64,000 nucleotides of DNA from Acidilobaceae archaeon (GCA_038897215.1 JAWAWX010000001.1:576001-640000), one strand, 5' to 3'; shown: positions 29,005-40,412, counted from the stretch's first letter. Translations and numbers: made by a program. The notes: a model not told the origin generated them from the letters alone.

Positions 29005-30823
29005 GAGCACTCTTAATCTTAAGCTCTAAGAGAACGTAGGACCTATCTCCACTCTTGACCTTAGCTTCCACGATCTCCTTCAACGTTATCAGTTCGTCTA
29101 GAGAAACTAGGTCGAGGAACTCTGAGAGTAGTTTGTTAGCGTGGTCTAGAGGGACATCAGTGTATATCACGTCTCCTTCATCGACATGTCTTCCTACGAG
29201 AATCCTGCCTTGGATAGAGATTGCTATCTTGGCTCCTGCTCTAGCCTCGGAGAGACTCCGGTCTCTATCTTTGAGAGCCATGATTTTCCCCAAGGGTCTC
29301 CCTTGAGAGTCCATGACGGGAGACCCTGGTTTCACGACTCCCGAGAGGACCTCTACTCCGACTATAGCTGGGTCGCTTCTGCGGAAGATGCAGCCCGGCA
29401 GTATCCTCATCTTACCTGGTCTCACTAGAGATTCCAGTGCTCTGAGCCTCTCAGCTCTCTTCTCTTCCTCGATCCACTTCTGGAAGTCTTCGAGAAGCTG
29501 GTATACTACATTGCCCTTGAAGATCTTGACGCTCGCGCTCTCAGCTTCAGCCTCGGCTTCCGGTAGAGTCTTCACGTTGAACGCTATGATTACTCCTAGG
29601 TACTTGTTTAGTTTAGCTGTGACGCTAGCGTCGAGTACATCGCTCTTAGTCACAGGCCCTATATCGGCTACTCTAACAGGGACGTTAATTCTCCTCAATG
29701 CCTCTACTAGAGCCTCCAGGCTACCTAGAGTGTCCGCTTTAACCACGACTCCCATGTTCTCTGTTCTAAGCCTGACAGAGGCCACTTCTTTCTCGACGTC
29801 TCTAATCGCTACCTCTAGCTGGTCATCACTCCAGACGGCTAGTAAAGGAGACCCTGCTATAGCCTCTTCCAGTCCTTCAGCAGCTATCCTTACTCCTGCT
29901 GCTGCCGAAACCTCTTCTACAGTCTCAAACTTAGCCTCCCTACTGCGGATCTCGTGAAGAGGCTTTGGCATAAGGAGAGCTCTCACGTGAGTAACCAGCG
30001 GTTTCGTGAGCCCTCCGAGGACTATTCTGTCTCCAACTCTTAGAACTCCATCGTATATTATAGCGTCAACAACGTGGCCCAAGCCCGGCATCTCTTTAAC
30101 CTCTAAGACTACCCCTCTAGCTGGACCCTCGACTACAGACAGTCTTCCACGCATATACGCTTGAGTAAGCCCAGCTAGAAGAGCTAGTAGCTCCGGTATC
30201 CCTTCACCCGTCTTGGCTGAGAGAGGGACTATGGCGACCTTCTTCGTGAAGTCTTTTATCCTAATGAAGAGGTCTGAAGGGATTCCTCTCTCGTAGAGCT
30301 TGCCTACTAGATCGTACACCTTGTCTTCGAGAATCTTCTTAACTGTCTCGGGCTGCTTCTGGTAGCTCTTTATAAACGGCTCATCGTGATAGGGGACCCA
30401 GCCGGGTATACGGTCTATCTTATTCAATGCTACAACAAAGGGGGTTTTCCTAGAGAGAAGAAGGTCTAGAGCTTCGTAAGTCTGAGGCTTAGGTCCCTCC
30501 ATTACATCCACGACGAGTACAGCTATGTCGGCAACACTTCCCCCCCTTCTCCTGAGATTAGAGAAGAGTTCGTGGCCAGGTGTGTCTATGAAGAGCAGGC
30601 CGGGTATGACTAGCTTGAAGGGTATCACGGACTTGAGAGGCTCTGCTATCTTCTCGATTACATCCGCTGGAACCATGCTGGCTCCTATGTGCTGAGTTAT
30701 GCCTCCAGCTTCTCTCGCCGCTATAGCTGTCTTCCTAATCTTGTCAAGTAGACTCGTCTTACCGTGGTCTACGTGTCCTAACACTACGACTATGGGTTGT
30801 CTAAGCCTGACCCCGCTACTCAC
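28988..30823 (-). CDS. infB: Translation initiation factor aIF5B (IF-2)
   Basis: [33 protein letters not shown]. Confidence 0.98.
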   Translation of the reverse strand: MSSGVRLRQPIVVVLGHVDHGKTSLLDKIRKTAIAAREAGGITQHIGASMVPADVIEKIAEPLKSVIPFKLVIPGLLFIDTPGHELFSNLRRRGGSVADIAVLVVDVMEGPKPQTYEALDLLLSRKTPFVVALNKIDRIPGWVPYHDEPFIKSYQKQPETVKKILEDKVYDLVGKLYERGIPSDLFIRIKDFTKKVAIVPLSAKTGEGIPELLALLAGLTQAYMRGRLSVVEGPARGVVLEVKEMPGLGHVVDAIIYDGVLRVGDRIVLGGLTKPLVTHVRALLMPKPLHEIRSREAKFETVEEVSAAAGVRIAAEGLEEAIAGSPLLAVWSDDQLEVAIRDVEKEVASVRLRTENMGVVVKADTLGSLEALVEALRRINVPVRVADIGPVTKSDVLDASVTAKLNKYLGVIIAFNVKTLPEAEAEAESASVKIFKGNVVYQLLEDFQKWIEEEKRAERLRALESLVRPGKMRILPGCIFRRSDPAIVGVEVLSGVVKPGSPVMDSQGRPLGKIMALKDRDRSLSEARAGAKIAISIQGRILVGRHVDEGDVIYTDVPLDHANKLLSEFLDLVSLDELITLKEIVEAKVKSGDRSYVLLELKIKSALKKGV

Positions 30824-30933
30824 AGATATCCCCTCTAGAGTCTAGGGGATTCTCCGCTAATAAGCTCGGTCTAGATTATCGCTCTAAGGACTTTTTAGGT
30901 CGAGTCTTCCCCTAGCCCTCGCTGGAGAGAGTC

Positions 30934-31890
30934 TTGAGCGAGCTCTCGAGAATCGTGGATGCTAGAGTTGAGCCAAACGCTACCATATGTGAGCTCTTCA
31001 AGGTGTACGCTTCTATTCACGGATTTTCAGCCGCTGACCTCTATAGAGCACTAGAGATTCTATCTAGGGGGCTGAAGGAGAGCGACGTGAGGATCCTGGC
31101 TTTCACAGGAAACCTGGTAGCGTCGGGTCTCCGAGGTGTGATAGCTCAGCTGATAGAGTCAAAGCTCTTCAATATCGTAATCACTACTGCTGGAGCTTTA
31201 GACCACGATATAGCTAAATCGAGAGGAGGCAGATACTTCAAGGGCTTCTTCGAAGCTGACGATGCGGAGCTGAGGAGAAGAGGTCTTTACCGCTTAGGCA
31301 ACATATTCATAGCAAGCGAGGATTACGGTCCTCTAGTCGAGGAGTTCGTTAGAGAACTGGTAGAGGAAGCAGTTAAAGTTAAGAGAGAGTGGTCTCTCTT
31401 CGAGCTACTCAAGCTAGCCGGTGGGATGATCAGCGATAGGAATAGCATCTTGAGGAGCTCCTACGAAGCGGGAGCAGAAGTCTTCGTTCCAGGATGGCCT
31501 GACGGAGCCTTCGGGACTGCTCTCTTCGTAGAGTGGAGTAGGAGAAGAGGGGACTTCTCCATAAACTACTTTAGAGATATGGAGAGACTAGCTGAGATAT
31601 TCTTCAATAAGGGGAGAACTTGTGCTCTCATTCTAGGAGGCGGGATTAGCAAACATCACGCAATCTGGTGGGCTCAGTTTAGAGAAGGATTAGACTACAC
31701 TGTATACGTGACCACAGCCGTGGAGCACGATGGGAGTCTCAGTGGTGCGCGACCTAGAGAGGCTGTGAGCTGGGGTAAAGTGAAGGAGGCGGGGGAGAAG
31801 GCTATCGTCTACGGAGATGCTACAGTGATACTGCCTCTTCTAGCGTCCTGTCTCCTCTTCAGGTTCACTACTCCACAAGACATCGGCTAG
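30934..31890 (+). CDS. dys: Deoxyhypusine synthase
   Basis: FTGNLVASGLR, GGGISKHH, DGSLSGA..EAVSWGK. Confidence 0.96.
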   Translation: MSELSRIVDARVEPNATICELFKVYASIHGFSAADLYRALEILSRGLKESDVRILAFTGNLVASGLRGVIAQLIESKLFNIVITTAGALDHDIAKSRGGRYFKGFFEADDAELRRRGLYRLGNIFIASEDYGPLVEEFVRELVEEAVKVKREWSLFELLKLAGGMISDRNSILRSSYEAGAEVFVPGWPDGAFGTALFVEWSRRRGDFSINYFRDMERLAEIFFNKGRTCALILGGGISKHHAIWWAQFREGLDYTVYVTTAVEHDGSLSGARPREAVSWGKVKEAGEKAIVYGDATVILPLLASCLLFRFTTPQDIG

Positions 31891-33390
31891 CCTAGCGTAC
31901 GCTATGATAACAGTCGCTACTAGCGAGCCAGGAGGACCCAGTTTTTCCAGCATAGCTCCCAGCTGGCTCAACTCGCTACTACTCACAACTAGAGGGAGAG
32001 CTATAGCGATTATCGTAGTGTAAGCAATAAGACCGAGTAGCGTCCCGAAAGCGCCTGGGAGAATTATCTTGAACGCTAATCCGACCACTATGCCTGAAAG
32101 CAGGGGAGATATGGTCCTGGCTCCCTCGTAGAGGATCTGGACGACCCCTCTACCCCAGATCGCTATAGCGTAGACTAGAGCCGAGAAGACAGCCATAGCT
32201 AGCTGAGCTACGAGGAAACCGTAGACTCCAGCAACGCTAGTGAGCACTATGGCTAGAGGAAGAGAGGCTAGAGAGAGCGTCGCGGATATCCTAGAGTACT
32301 CTAGAACCCTCCCTCTAGCCACTAGAAACGAGCCTGCTAGCTGATAGCCTAAAGGAGATAGAAGGAAGGGGGCTATGATGAAGTAGAAGTACGACGGAGC
32401 AAGCTCAAACCTACCACCAAACAGGATTTCGACAATTAAGTCTATCGAGAGCACTAAGAACCCGGCTACAGCCACTAGGACTAGAGAAGAGCGCTCTACA
32501 GCTAGGCGGAAGCCTTCTAGAGCTCGAGAATTCTCCCCTCTAGAGGATGCCACTAAAGCTGCTGTCTGGAGAGCGCTCGTTATCTGCTGTATAGGAGTCG
32601 CTAGTCTAGATGCTAGAGCTAGATTACCTACCTCTAGGTCTAGAGCGACTCTATACAAGAATCCAGTCTTCACGCTATCTATAATCATAGAAGCTATGCT
32701 TGATGCATGGAGAGGGAGAGATCTAGCTAGTAGCATCGCTTGAGCCGAAAGAGCTGGAGCCTCGACTCCCCCCACGACTCTATAGGCTATCAGAACGCTT
32801 GCTAAACCCATCGAGAGAAACGTGAGTGACTGACCTAGGAGAAACCCGAGAACCCCGTAGCCTAGAAGTACTAGCGTTATCGAGAGAGCTACTCTCAAAG
32901 CTGTAGAGAGCAGAGTGAGTGCTGCCGAGAGATGGAATAAACCGAGCCCGTTTAGAGCCGCTTGAGACACTGTGAGTGTCGAGACTCCAACCACGTAGGG
33001 AGCTAGGACGATTAGGTACCCTGCTAGCTCCCGCCTACCTAGCAGAGAAGCCAGCCACGAGGATGCAACTATCTGAGAGAAGGCTAGAGCTGAGGATGTA
33101 GCCAAGACTAGTATCAGCGCTGAGGAGTAGAATCTCCTCCTCGAAGAGTAGCTAGTCTCAGAAGCCACGACGCTACTGAGGACACCGCTGAGGCTGAAAC
33201 CCGCTAGAGCGGTCATCACTGTGGGGATTAGGAGAGAGACTGCGGCGAGGCCGTAGCCCTCAGGCCCTAGTAGCCTAGCTACAGCTATGCTACCTAAAGC
33301 CGCTATAGCTATAGATGCGTAGTTAGCTATCGTTATCGAGACACCGGCTTTCACGAAGACCTCGCTTAGCCTCATCTGCTCGCTTTGCAT
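31840..33390 (-). CDS. Oligosaccharide flippase (MOP/Wzx family)
   Basis: About 14 TM helices, ARLLGPEGYG; in operon with aglB. Confidence 0.85.
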   Translation of the reverse strand: MQSEQMRLSEVFVKAGVSITIANYASIAIAALGSIAVARLLGPEGYGLAAVSLLIPTVMTALAGFSLSGVLSSVVASETSYSSRRRFYSSALILVLATSSALAFSQIVASSWLASLLGRRELAGYLIVLAPYVVGVSTLTVSQAALNGLGLFHLSAALTLLSTALRVALSITLVLLGYGVLGFLLGQSLTFLSMGLASVLIAYRVVGGVEAPALSAQAMLLARSLPLHASSIASMIIDSVKTGFLYRVALDLEVGNLALASRLATPIQQITSALQTAALVASSRGENSRALEGFRLAVERSSLVLVAVAGFLVLSIDLIVEILFGGRFELAPSYFYFIIAPFLLSPLGYQLAGSFLVARGRVLEYSRISATLSLASLPLAIVLTSVAGVYGFLVAQLAMAVFSALVYAIAIWGRGVVQILYEGARTISPLLSGIVVGLAFKIILPGAFGTLLGLIAYTTIIAIALPLVVSSSELSQLGAMLEKLGPPGSLVATVIIAYARLADVLWSSEPEEETGR

Positions 33391-33842
33391 CTCTCTTCAT
33401 CATATCTCTTAAGGTACTCTATGTTCTCTCTCTCAGACTCATCTATGCTCGTGACCGAAAGCCAAGCCTCTATGATCTCTCTAGCTAAGATCTCGGTTAC
33501 CAGCCTGCCGCTCATTGCAAGCACGTTCGCGTCATTCCACAACCTCGCTCCTCTAGCTGTAACAGGGTCGTTGCATAGAGCTGCCCTGACGCCACACACT
33601 TTGTTAGCCGCTATGGAGACCCCCGTGCCCGTATAGCAGACTAAAACACCCCAGTCTGCTTCTCCTCGAGCAACAGCTTCAGCAACCTCTAACGCCACGT
33701 GAGGCCACGGCTCTGGCTTGCTCGAAGCCATTGAGCCGAACTTCTTGACCTTGAATCCTCTCTGCTCAAGGTACTCTACTACAGCTCTAGCAGCTGGGTA
33801 CACGTCGTCCGAGCCGACTGCTACAACGGGCACTCTAGCCAC
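33372..33842 (-). CDS. RpiB/LacAB family sugar-phosphate isomerase
   Basis: GSD, CYTGTGVSIAANKV.GVRAAL, NDANVL. Confidence 0.92.
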   Translation of the reverse strand: MARVPVVAVGSDDVYPAARAVVEYLEQRGFKVKKFGSMASSKPEPWPHVALEVAEAVARGEADWGVLVCYTGTGVSIAANKVCGVRAALCNDPVTARGARLWNDANVLAMSGRLVTEILAREIIEAWLSVTSIDESERENIEYLKRYDEERCKASR

Positions 33843-33890
33843 CTTCTCCTCTCTCTTTTGAGCCGAGATTTTTCTATCTGAGAAGCAGAG

Positions 33891-36272
33891 CTACCGGTCT
33901 ACCCACTTGTAGATGAAGACTAGAACAGCGTACCTCTCCACGGAGTCTCTGCGGCTGACCTCGTGGAACACGTCGACTACCACTGCTTCAAGCACGAAGC
34001 TCTCCGGGGGCTCAGCGAAGATGAATTGCAGAGCTCCTGTCGCTGGATCGAAGACCGCTGGTAGGGTTAGGCTAGTGTTCGCTAGGAAGCCGCAGCTTCC
34101 GAGACACTTCCTAGAGAGTTCTAGCACGCCGTGAGTAGCCAGCCTGTATATGAGTGTCGACTTGACTTTCTCCACGTTGCTCGAAGGGCTACCTGCAAAG
34201 CCTGGGAACATGTACGCTACTCTGTTAACTCCCCGAGTAACCGAGTAGTAGTCCGTGTCTAGGAAGCTGGGAGCGCTCGGGTCTACTCTATGAGCTATTC
34301 TCAGCATTTGGAAGGATTTGGGGAAGTCTGCTAAGCCATGCACTACGTAGTACGTGTTCCCTATTGTCTGAATGCTGGGCATTGGGAACACGTAGAGTAC
34401 CGGGTCTTCTCGGATAGAGTGGAGCACGAAGACCTCGTAGAAGACTATGTATGTCTGGTTGGGGTTGAGGCCTAAGAGCTTTAGGAGAGCTATCGCTTCA
34501 GCCTCGCTCGAGCTAGTTAGGATGCGAGCCAGTAGCCTGATGTGTGTTTCATTCCACGTAGAGCCGTCTGCGATAGTCCTTCTCCCGGCATCGACTGAGA
34601 TCCAGTACCCGTAGTCCCACCAGCTGACGATCACGTCTTCTCTCGAAGTGTTATGCTTCAAGTATTCGAGAGCCCTAATCCACGCGTTGTTTAACGGTAC
34701 TACAGTCTCCCCGCCGATAGCTAGAGGCCCGAGCCCCGCTGTGAGTATTTGGGGAGCTCTGAGGCTATTCACCTCGTAGCTAGCGTGAACACTGTAGCCG
34801 AGGAATACCAGGAGAAGAGCTATGATGCTCACTGTGAAAACTATCCTGACCTCGGGGCTCAGAACCGAGGCTCCGCTATACTCTCTAGTCCTCGCTTTCT
34901 CTCTTTTTCCAGAAACCTCTCTAGGGGATAAAGCTAGGTAGGCTTTGCTCACAAGCCCGAGAGATACTCCTGAAGCTATGGTGGTGTAGAGTACAGCTAT
35001 CTGCAGGAAGTACGCCATATTGTAGCTCGCGTAAGCCATCAGTAGAGCCATAGACCCTAGTGTGAGAGCAACGTGGATAGAGAGATTACCCCGACCTCTA
35101 TAAGACTCGAGAGCAGAGAACACTAGCCCGGTCAGCGTGAAGAAAACAGGAACCCCTAGCTCCGGAATCAGTGCTCCCAATCCCAGAGGCTGGTGCTCGC
35201 TAACGCTCTCAGCTAGCGGGCTAAATCCTCTAACTCCTAGCGCGAGAAGAACTCTCCCAGGGACGCTGATCACTTCTAGATGTATCAGCACGAATCCTAC
35301 CACAGCACCCGAAGCTATGAGCCATAAGTGCTGAAGCCTAGTGTACGGAAACAGCTTCTCATCAAAACCTAGACTCTTCCAGGCTAGGATTGCAATGTAT
35401 GCTATGAGAGCAGCTAGCGGGATGAAACCCATGCCTTTAGCAAAGTAGAGAATAGACACCGCGGGAGACGCGGAGACAACTACAGCCATAGCTGTTAGAG
35501 TCACTGCGTAGACTAGAGCACGCTCTCTACTAGCAGACCCGTAGACTAGGAAGTCTAGGAGAATAGCTAGAGCTAAAGACAAAGCGATGAAGTGATAGCC
35601 TCCCCAAATGAAGGCAACAAAGCCGCCCACCGCGCCGGCTAGAACTGCTAGGGTCAGAGAGCGGGAGGAGCTCTTGGAGGAGAGAGCCTCGTAGAAGAGA
35701 ATGTAGTGTAGAGTTATGGGTAGGAAAGCGATAGTCATCTTCTCAACGAACCCAACAGTGGTTCTCGAGAGTGCTGAGGGGAGGAGAGAGTATAGCGCTG
35801 CAGCTACGAGAGCACCGCTATGAGACCCCGTGACTCTATATACGAGAAGATATGCTAGAATACATGTCAGAACGTAGGCTATCACGGGCTGGAGAGCTAC
35901 CCACTCGCGTAGAGTGAGCTCGGAGACGAGAGAGACTATGTGGTACGTTGCCGCGGACAACCAGCCTACTCCTATATACTCTCGTCTGAGCAGGTCTCTC
36001 CCGAGAGGATGCCAGAAGAGATCCTGGTCTTGTAGCTCGCTGAAGGAGAAGAGCCCTCTCTCGTAGAAGTGTTTAGCTATATAATACATTATGAAGGGGT
36101 CTGCCTCATCTAGCTCGAGCCCGTACTTCACTGCTGGAAGGAGCCTGAGATAGGTCCCTGTGGCTAGCACTAGAACTAGTAGCAGAACACAGACGAGACT
36201 CCACTTCTCTCTAAGAGCTTCTATGAGTAAGTTCGACCATCTCCTTCTCTCTCTCAAAGCCTGAAACCTCAC
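33891..36272 (-). CDS. aglB: Oligosaccharyltransferase AglB (STT3)
   Basis: EADP, SVSEHQP, WWDYG, DFPK; multi-TM N-half. Confidence 0.95.
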   Translation of the reverse strand: MRFQALRERRRWSNLLIEALREKWSLVCVLLLVLVLATGTYLRLLPAVKYGLELDEADPFIMYYIAKHFYERGLFSFSELQDQDLFWHPLGRDLLRREYIGVGWLSAATYHIVSLVSELTLREWVALQPVIAYVLTCILAYLLVYRVTGSHSGALVAAALYSLLPSALSRTTVGFVEKMTIAFLPITLHYILFYEALSSKSSSRSLTLAVLAGAVGGFVAFIWGGYHFIALSLALAILLDFLVYGSASRERALVYAVTLTAMAVVVSASPAVSILYFAKGMGFIPLAALIAYIAILAWKSLGFDEKLFPYTRLQHLWLIASGAVVGFVLIHLEVISVPGRVLLALGVRGFSPLAESVSEHQPLGLGALIPELGVPVFFTLTGLVFSALESYRGRGNLSIHVALTLGSMALLMAYASYNMAYFLQIAVLYTTIASGVSLGLVSKAYLALSPREVSGKREKARTREYSGASVLSPEVRIVFTVSIIALLLVFLGYSVHASYEVNSLRAPQILTAGLGPLAIGGETVVPLNNAWIRALEYLKHNTSREDVIVSWWDYGYWISVDAGRRTIADGSTWNETHIRLLARILTSSSEAEAIALLKLLGLNPNQTYIVFYEVFVLHSIREDPVLYVFPMPSIQTIGNTYYVVHGLADFPKSFQMLRIAHRVDPSAPSFLDTDYYSVTRGVNRVAYMFPGFAGSPSSNVEKVKSTLIYRLATHGVLELSRKCLGSCGFLANTSLTLPAVFDPATGALQFIFAEPPESFVLEAVVVDVFHEVSRRDSVERYAVLVFIYKWVDR

Positions 36273-36388
36273 TCGCCCTATCTAGAGCAAGACTCTTCCG
36301 TATTTAAGCTGTTGACTCTTCTACTAGCGCTATGTGCTGAAAGCTAGATAGCTATTAAGCTTCGCCTCCTCCCCTATCCGGGGGGCGG

Positions 36389-36748
36389 ATGGCTAGAATC
36401 GACGTAGAGGAGTTTAGAGGCGTTCTAGACTACCTCCTTAAGCATTACGAGAAGCTAGAAAGCATGGAGAGAAGGCTTTCTCAAATAGCCAGCTCGGAGC
36501 TAGAGGCTACTCGAGTCAAGCTCTGGAAGATAGCTCTAGGAGGGCTTATAAGCAAATACAAGACTCTCATAGAGGACTTGAATAGAGGAGAGTCTATATC
36601 AGTCGTGATCGATGCCTGCAAGATTAGAGACGAGGTGAGCAGATTACTGAGCGAGTACTCGAGAGACGAGGACCTAATAGCGCCAGTTAGGCCTGCTCTC
36701 GCTAAGATCTACGCTGACGCGCTAGAGATATGTGGTGAGAGCCCCTAA
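36389..36748 (+). CDS. Hypothetical helical protein
   Basis: 119-aa ORF, GGGGG RBS, coding-like composition. Confidence 0.7.
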   Translation: MARIDVEEFRGVLDYLLKHYEKLESMERRLSQIASSELEATRVKLWKIALGGLISKYKTLIEDLNRGESISVVIDACKIRDEVSRLLSEYSRDEDLIAPVRPALAKIYADALEICGESP

Positions 36749-36848
36749 GAGGTCGTGTCTCCAGGACTATGGCTCTCCTCGAGAGCGAGCTGTGTGGTTT
36801 AAAGAGGCGAGAGCTGAGCAACCGGTTTAGAGGGCTGGCTATTGAGAG

Positions 36849-37439
36849 TTGGTGGTTGAGATGCGCTTGCCGAGTCTAGAACAGGAGGTTTACGAGCCGC
36901 TCTCGTGGATAGCTGGAATCTCTGCTATCCTCATAGCTTTCATGGGGCCATCTCTTCTAGATATCGACGCGCTAGCAGACCCCCGCTGGTTAGGCGTAAT
37001 CGCTGGAGTCTTGGTTGGATTCGTGGCTCACGAGTTGATGCATAGAAATGTGGCTAGAGCCTACGGGCTGTCTGCTGAGTTCGTAGCGTACACTCCCGGG
37101 CTCTTAGTTACAGTCTTCTCGGCTCTGCTTCCAGTGAGGATCCTAGTGCCGGGCTATGTGAGGATCCGGGGGGTCTCTACTAGGAGAGGCTATGCTCTCT
37201 CTATAGCTGGAGGGCCTTCCGCCAACATATTCATCGCTATGCTCGGAGCGATCTCGCACAGTCTTCTAGGCTATCCAGCGAGTAGATTCGTGGAGGGAGT
37301 CGTCGAGGTCAACCTCTGGCTAGCTTTCTTCAACCTGCTCCCAATCCCCCCGCTAGACGGGTATAGGCTAGCTTCTCTAGACGCTAGGATATGGCTCTGT
37401 CTCCTAGCTCTCGTGGTCCTAGCCTGGATTCTCTGGTGA
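36849..37439 (+). CDS. Site-2 (M50) intramembrane metalloprotease
   Basis: HELMH, GP..N, NLLPIPPLDG. Confidence 0.92.
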   Translation: MVVEMRLPSLEQEVYEPLSWIAGISAILIAFMGPSLLDIDALADPRWLGVIAGVLVGFVAHELMHRNVARAYGLSAEFVAYTPGLLVTVFSALLPVRILVPGYVRIRGVSTRRGYALSIAGGPSANIFIAMLGAISHSLLGYPASRFVEGVVEVNLWLAFFNLLPIPPLDGYRLASLDARIWLCLLALVVLAWILW

Positions 37440-37445
37440 GAGTCT

Positions 37446-37979
37446 TTGAGGAGAGCTAGGAGAGTACTCCTCTTCGGTAGGTTTCAGCCATTCCATTTGG
37501 GGCACGTCGCTCTCACTAGATGGGCTCTCTTCGAGCTGGGATTCGATGAAATAGTGTTCCTGGTGGGGATGGCGTCAGAGAACTATACTCCAAGAAACCC
37601 CTTCACGGCGGGTGAGCGCATCGAGATGATCAGACTCTCGCTGAGCGACGAGAGGCTACCTCTAGAGAGAGTCGTTACAGCCACGATTAGAACCATGGAG
37701 ATAAACATAGGCAACATGTTCTACGTGCTCTCCTACGTCCCCAGAGTAGAGGCTATAATGACTAGGAACCCAGTGCTAGCCAAGATGGCCTCGGACGCGG
37801 GGTTGAGGGTCGTGGTGCCTCCTAGCTTTAATAGAGATGAGTGGAGAGGAGAGACGATAAGACTCAAGATAGCTAGAGGCGATGAGACTTGGAGAAGAGC
37901 CCTCACGCCATCTACCGCGTCTTTCATCGAGGAGATTGGGGGAGTTGAGAGGATCCGAGCTATCCTCTCTCAGGACTAG
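37446..37979 (+). CDS. nadM: Nicotinamide-nucleotide adenylyltransferase
   Basis: GRFQPFHLGH, NPFTAGER. Confidence 0.93.
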   Translation: MRRARRVLLFGRFQPFHLGHVALTRWALFELGFDEIVFLVGMASENYTPRNPFTAGERIEMIRLSLSDERLPLERVVTATIRTMEINIGNMFYVLSYVPRVEAIMTRNPVLAKMASDAGLRVVVPPSFNRDEWRGETIRLKIARGDETWRRALTPSTASFIEEIGGVERIRAILSQD

Positions 37980-37982
37980 AGG

Positions 37983-39110
37983 CTAGAACTGATACTGGAC
38001 CCTGTATCTGAGAACCCCGGCTAGCCCCCCGAATGTCTCGAGAAACCAGGGGGCTTCCGGCACGCCTGATGGGATTACTATGACTTTAGCCCCTCTAGAC
38101 TCTCCCTCCTGCTTCCAGGAGTCCTTGTCTTCTCTGTTCTCATGCACTAGTAAAGTCTTAACTGCTCCCATCTCGAGAGCTAGCTTCACTTCCTTATCTC
38201 CATAGACAGCCATCCCCGTCATCTGAGCTAAGTGGAGCTTGAATTCTTCGAGTGCTTCTACAGCCTCTCTGTAGATCTGTGCTTGTATCACATCTCTAGC
38301 CTTCATGACTGCCTCTTTCAGACCCTCGTATCCCTGGTACGCTACGTCTACTAGCTCCTTGGAGACTAGCTGAGCTAGCCTGTAGTCTAGGAAGCCTCCT
38401 TTGACGAAGTCTTGCTTAGCGTAGCCGGGACCTGCTACTATGACCGCTTTGAGCACTCCCTTCTCTAGGAGTGGGAGAAACTTGCTGTTAGCTGCTTCAC
38501 CTACCTTCTTGAAGAACTCTTCGACCATCTGCTCTATTATCCTATCGTATCTCCTCTGGCTCTGGCCTCCTTTCTCGTGCTTTCCTGGGACGAAGCCTTC
38601 TAGCTCGTCTAGCACCTCTATCCTGCCTCCTTTAAGGAGCCCTATTGTTGCTTGGTCTCTCTCAACTATGATTATGCCTACTGCCTCTTTCTCCTCGACC
38701 ATGTCTTCTAGGAACGATGTTATGAACTCCTTCTCGGTCCTGTAGTAGAAGACTGGGACCTTCTCGGGGGGTGAGAACGTTAGGCATATGAAGTCCCCTG
38801 TGTCCATGTTCTCTCCGCAGAACACTACTAAGCCATTGGGGGGAGTCTTCGGGATCATCTGGATCCTGTCTATGGCAGCGCTTAGAGCTCTCTTGACAGC
38901 CTGCCGTGTCCTCTTCAGCTTTATGTTATCCGTGATCGAGAACTCTTGCCTCAGCAGTTGGAGGACGTCTGTGAGAGGCTTCCCTGGGGGGACGTAGAGG
39001 CTTAGGAGGACCGTGGCTGGAGCCTGCCAGCTCTTCAGCTCTCTTATGATCTTAGCTAGCTCTTCTCTGCTCACCTTCAGCTTCTCTAGCACCTCTTCTC
39101 TGCTGCTCAT
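37983..39110 (-). CDS. prf1: Peptide chain release factor aRF1
   Basis: NIKL, GKHEKGGQSQRRY, AGPG. Confidence 0.97.
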   Translation of the reverse strand: MSSREEVLEKLKVSREELAKIIRELKSWQAPATVLLSLYVPPGKPLTDVLQLLRQEFSITDNIKLKRTRQAVKRALSAAIDRIQMIPKTPPNGLVVFCGENMDTGDFICLTFSPPEKVPVFYYRTEKEFITSFLEDMVEEKEAVGIIIVERDQATIGLLKGGRIEVLDELEGFVPGKHEKGGQSQRRYDRIIEQMVEEFFKKVGEAANSKFLPLLEKGVLKAVIVAGPGYAKQDFVKGGFLDYRLAQLVSKELVDVAYQGYEGLKEAVMKARDVIQAQIYREAVEALEEFKLHLAQMTGMAVYGDKEVKLALEMGAVKTLLVHENREDKDSWKQEGESRGAKVIVIPSGVPEAPWFLETFGGLAGVLRYRVQYQF

Positions 39111-39184
39111 CTCTCTTACCCTATCAGGTAGCCTCTCTCAGCTATCGCTGAGCAGAGCTTAAAGATTGAGAGGCCCCGGTTTAG

Positions 39185-40123
39185 TCATGGGATTAGGAGT
39201 GATAAGACTGCTTTCTGAGCGTGTAGCCTGTTCTCCGCCTGGTCCCACACGACGCTCTGAGGCCCGTCTATGACCTCGTCTGTCACCTCTTCGCCCCTCC
39301 TAGCTGGGAGGCAGTGCATGAAGATAGCCTTGTCTCCAGCTAGGCTCATCAGCTCTCCGTTGACTTGGTATGGCTTCAAGAGTCTCTTCTTGAGCTCAGC
39401 CACATCCTCTTGACCCATGCTGACCCAGACGTCCGTGTAGACCACGTCCGCTCCTCTGACGGCTTCTCTGGGGTCTTCTATGAACTCTATGGTGGCTCCC
39501 GTCTTCTCAGCCTCTCTCAGCGATGCTGCTAGTAGCTCTGGGTGAGGTCTAAGCTGGGGTGGTGATGAGATGACTATGTGGAGACCGAGCTTGGCTCCGG
39601 CTACTATCAGACTGTTAAGCACGTTGTCGGAGCCGTCTCCGACGAATACTAGCTTCACTCCCCTCAGTCTCCCCTTCTTCTCGAGTATCGTCATCATGTC
39701 TGCTAGAGCTTGGAGAGGGTGGCTCACGTCGCTGAGCCCGTTTATCACGGGCACGCTCGAGTAGCGAGCTAGCTCGACTAGAGTCTCGTGCTTCCTCACT
39801 CTAGCGACTATCCCGTCGACGTATCTCGATAGAGTTCTAGCTGTGTCAGCCACGCTCTCTCCTCTAGCTAGCTGGAGCTCATCCCACCTCATGTAGAGAG
39901 CTCTCGCTCCAAGCTGGTGCGCTGCGACCTCGAGGCTCACTCTAGTCCTCGTGCTAGGCTTCTCGAAGAGTAGAGCTATGACTCTCCCCTCTAGGAGGGG
40001 GATTATTCTCTCTCCTCTACGCTGTCTCTCCTTGAGTTCGAGACCTCTCCTGATGATCTCCTCGACTTCGCTCGACTCGTAGTCCACTAGTTCAAGCAAA
40101 TGCCTGCCTCTAAGAGTTCTCAA
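39185..40123 (-). CDS. argF: Ornithine carbamoyltransferase
   Basis: STRTR, HPLQ, DVWVSMG, HCLP, QAENR. Confidence 0.96.
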   Translation of the reverse strand: MRTLRGRHLLELVDYESSEVEEIIRRGLELKERQRRGERIIPLLEGRVIALLFEKPSTRTRVSLEVAAHQLGARALYMRWDELQLARGESVADTARTLSRYVDGIVARVRKHETLVELARYSSVPVINGLSDVSHPLQALADMMTILEKKGRLRGVKLVFVGDGSDNVLNSLIVAGAKLGLHIVISSPPQLRPHPELLAASLREAEKTGATIEFIEDPREAVRGADVVYTDVWVSMGQEDVAELKKRLLKPYQVNGELMSLAGDKAIFMHCLPARRGEEVTDEVIDGPQSVVWDQAENRLHAQKAVLSLLIP

Positions 40124-40142
40124 GGAGGCTCAGCCTCCGAGA

Positions 40143-40412
40143 CTAGGAGCCTAGAGCTTCTCTTAAGTCTTCCTCGGTTATACCTAAGTCCTCCTCCGTG
40201 AGCTCTACCTCTAGCTCTGCTAGGAACGACACCAGGTCTCCTATAGCGACCTCGTCTCGAAACACTAGGCTCTTCACGTCATCCCAGCTCTTCACTCTAA
40301 CACCGAAGTCCTCCCAAGCCCATTCAGCTACCTCCTCGAGACTACAGTGCTCTCTGAGCTTCTCGTAGAGCCTAGTCTTCAGCCTAGCTAGTCTCTCCCT
40401 TCTAGAGGCCAA
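40143..40412 (-). CDS. Hypothetical acidic small protein
   Basis: 89-aa ORF with GGGG RBS, co-oriented with argF. Confidence 0.7.
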   Translation of the reverse strand: MASRRERLARLKTRLYEKLREHCSLEEVAEWAWEDFGVRVKSWDDVKSLVFRDEVAIGDLVSFLAELEVELTEEDLGITEEDLREALGS

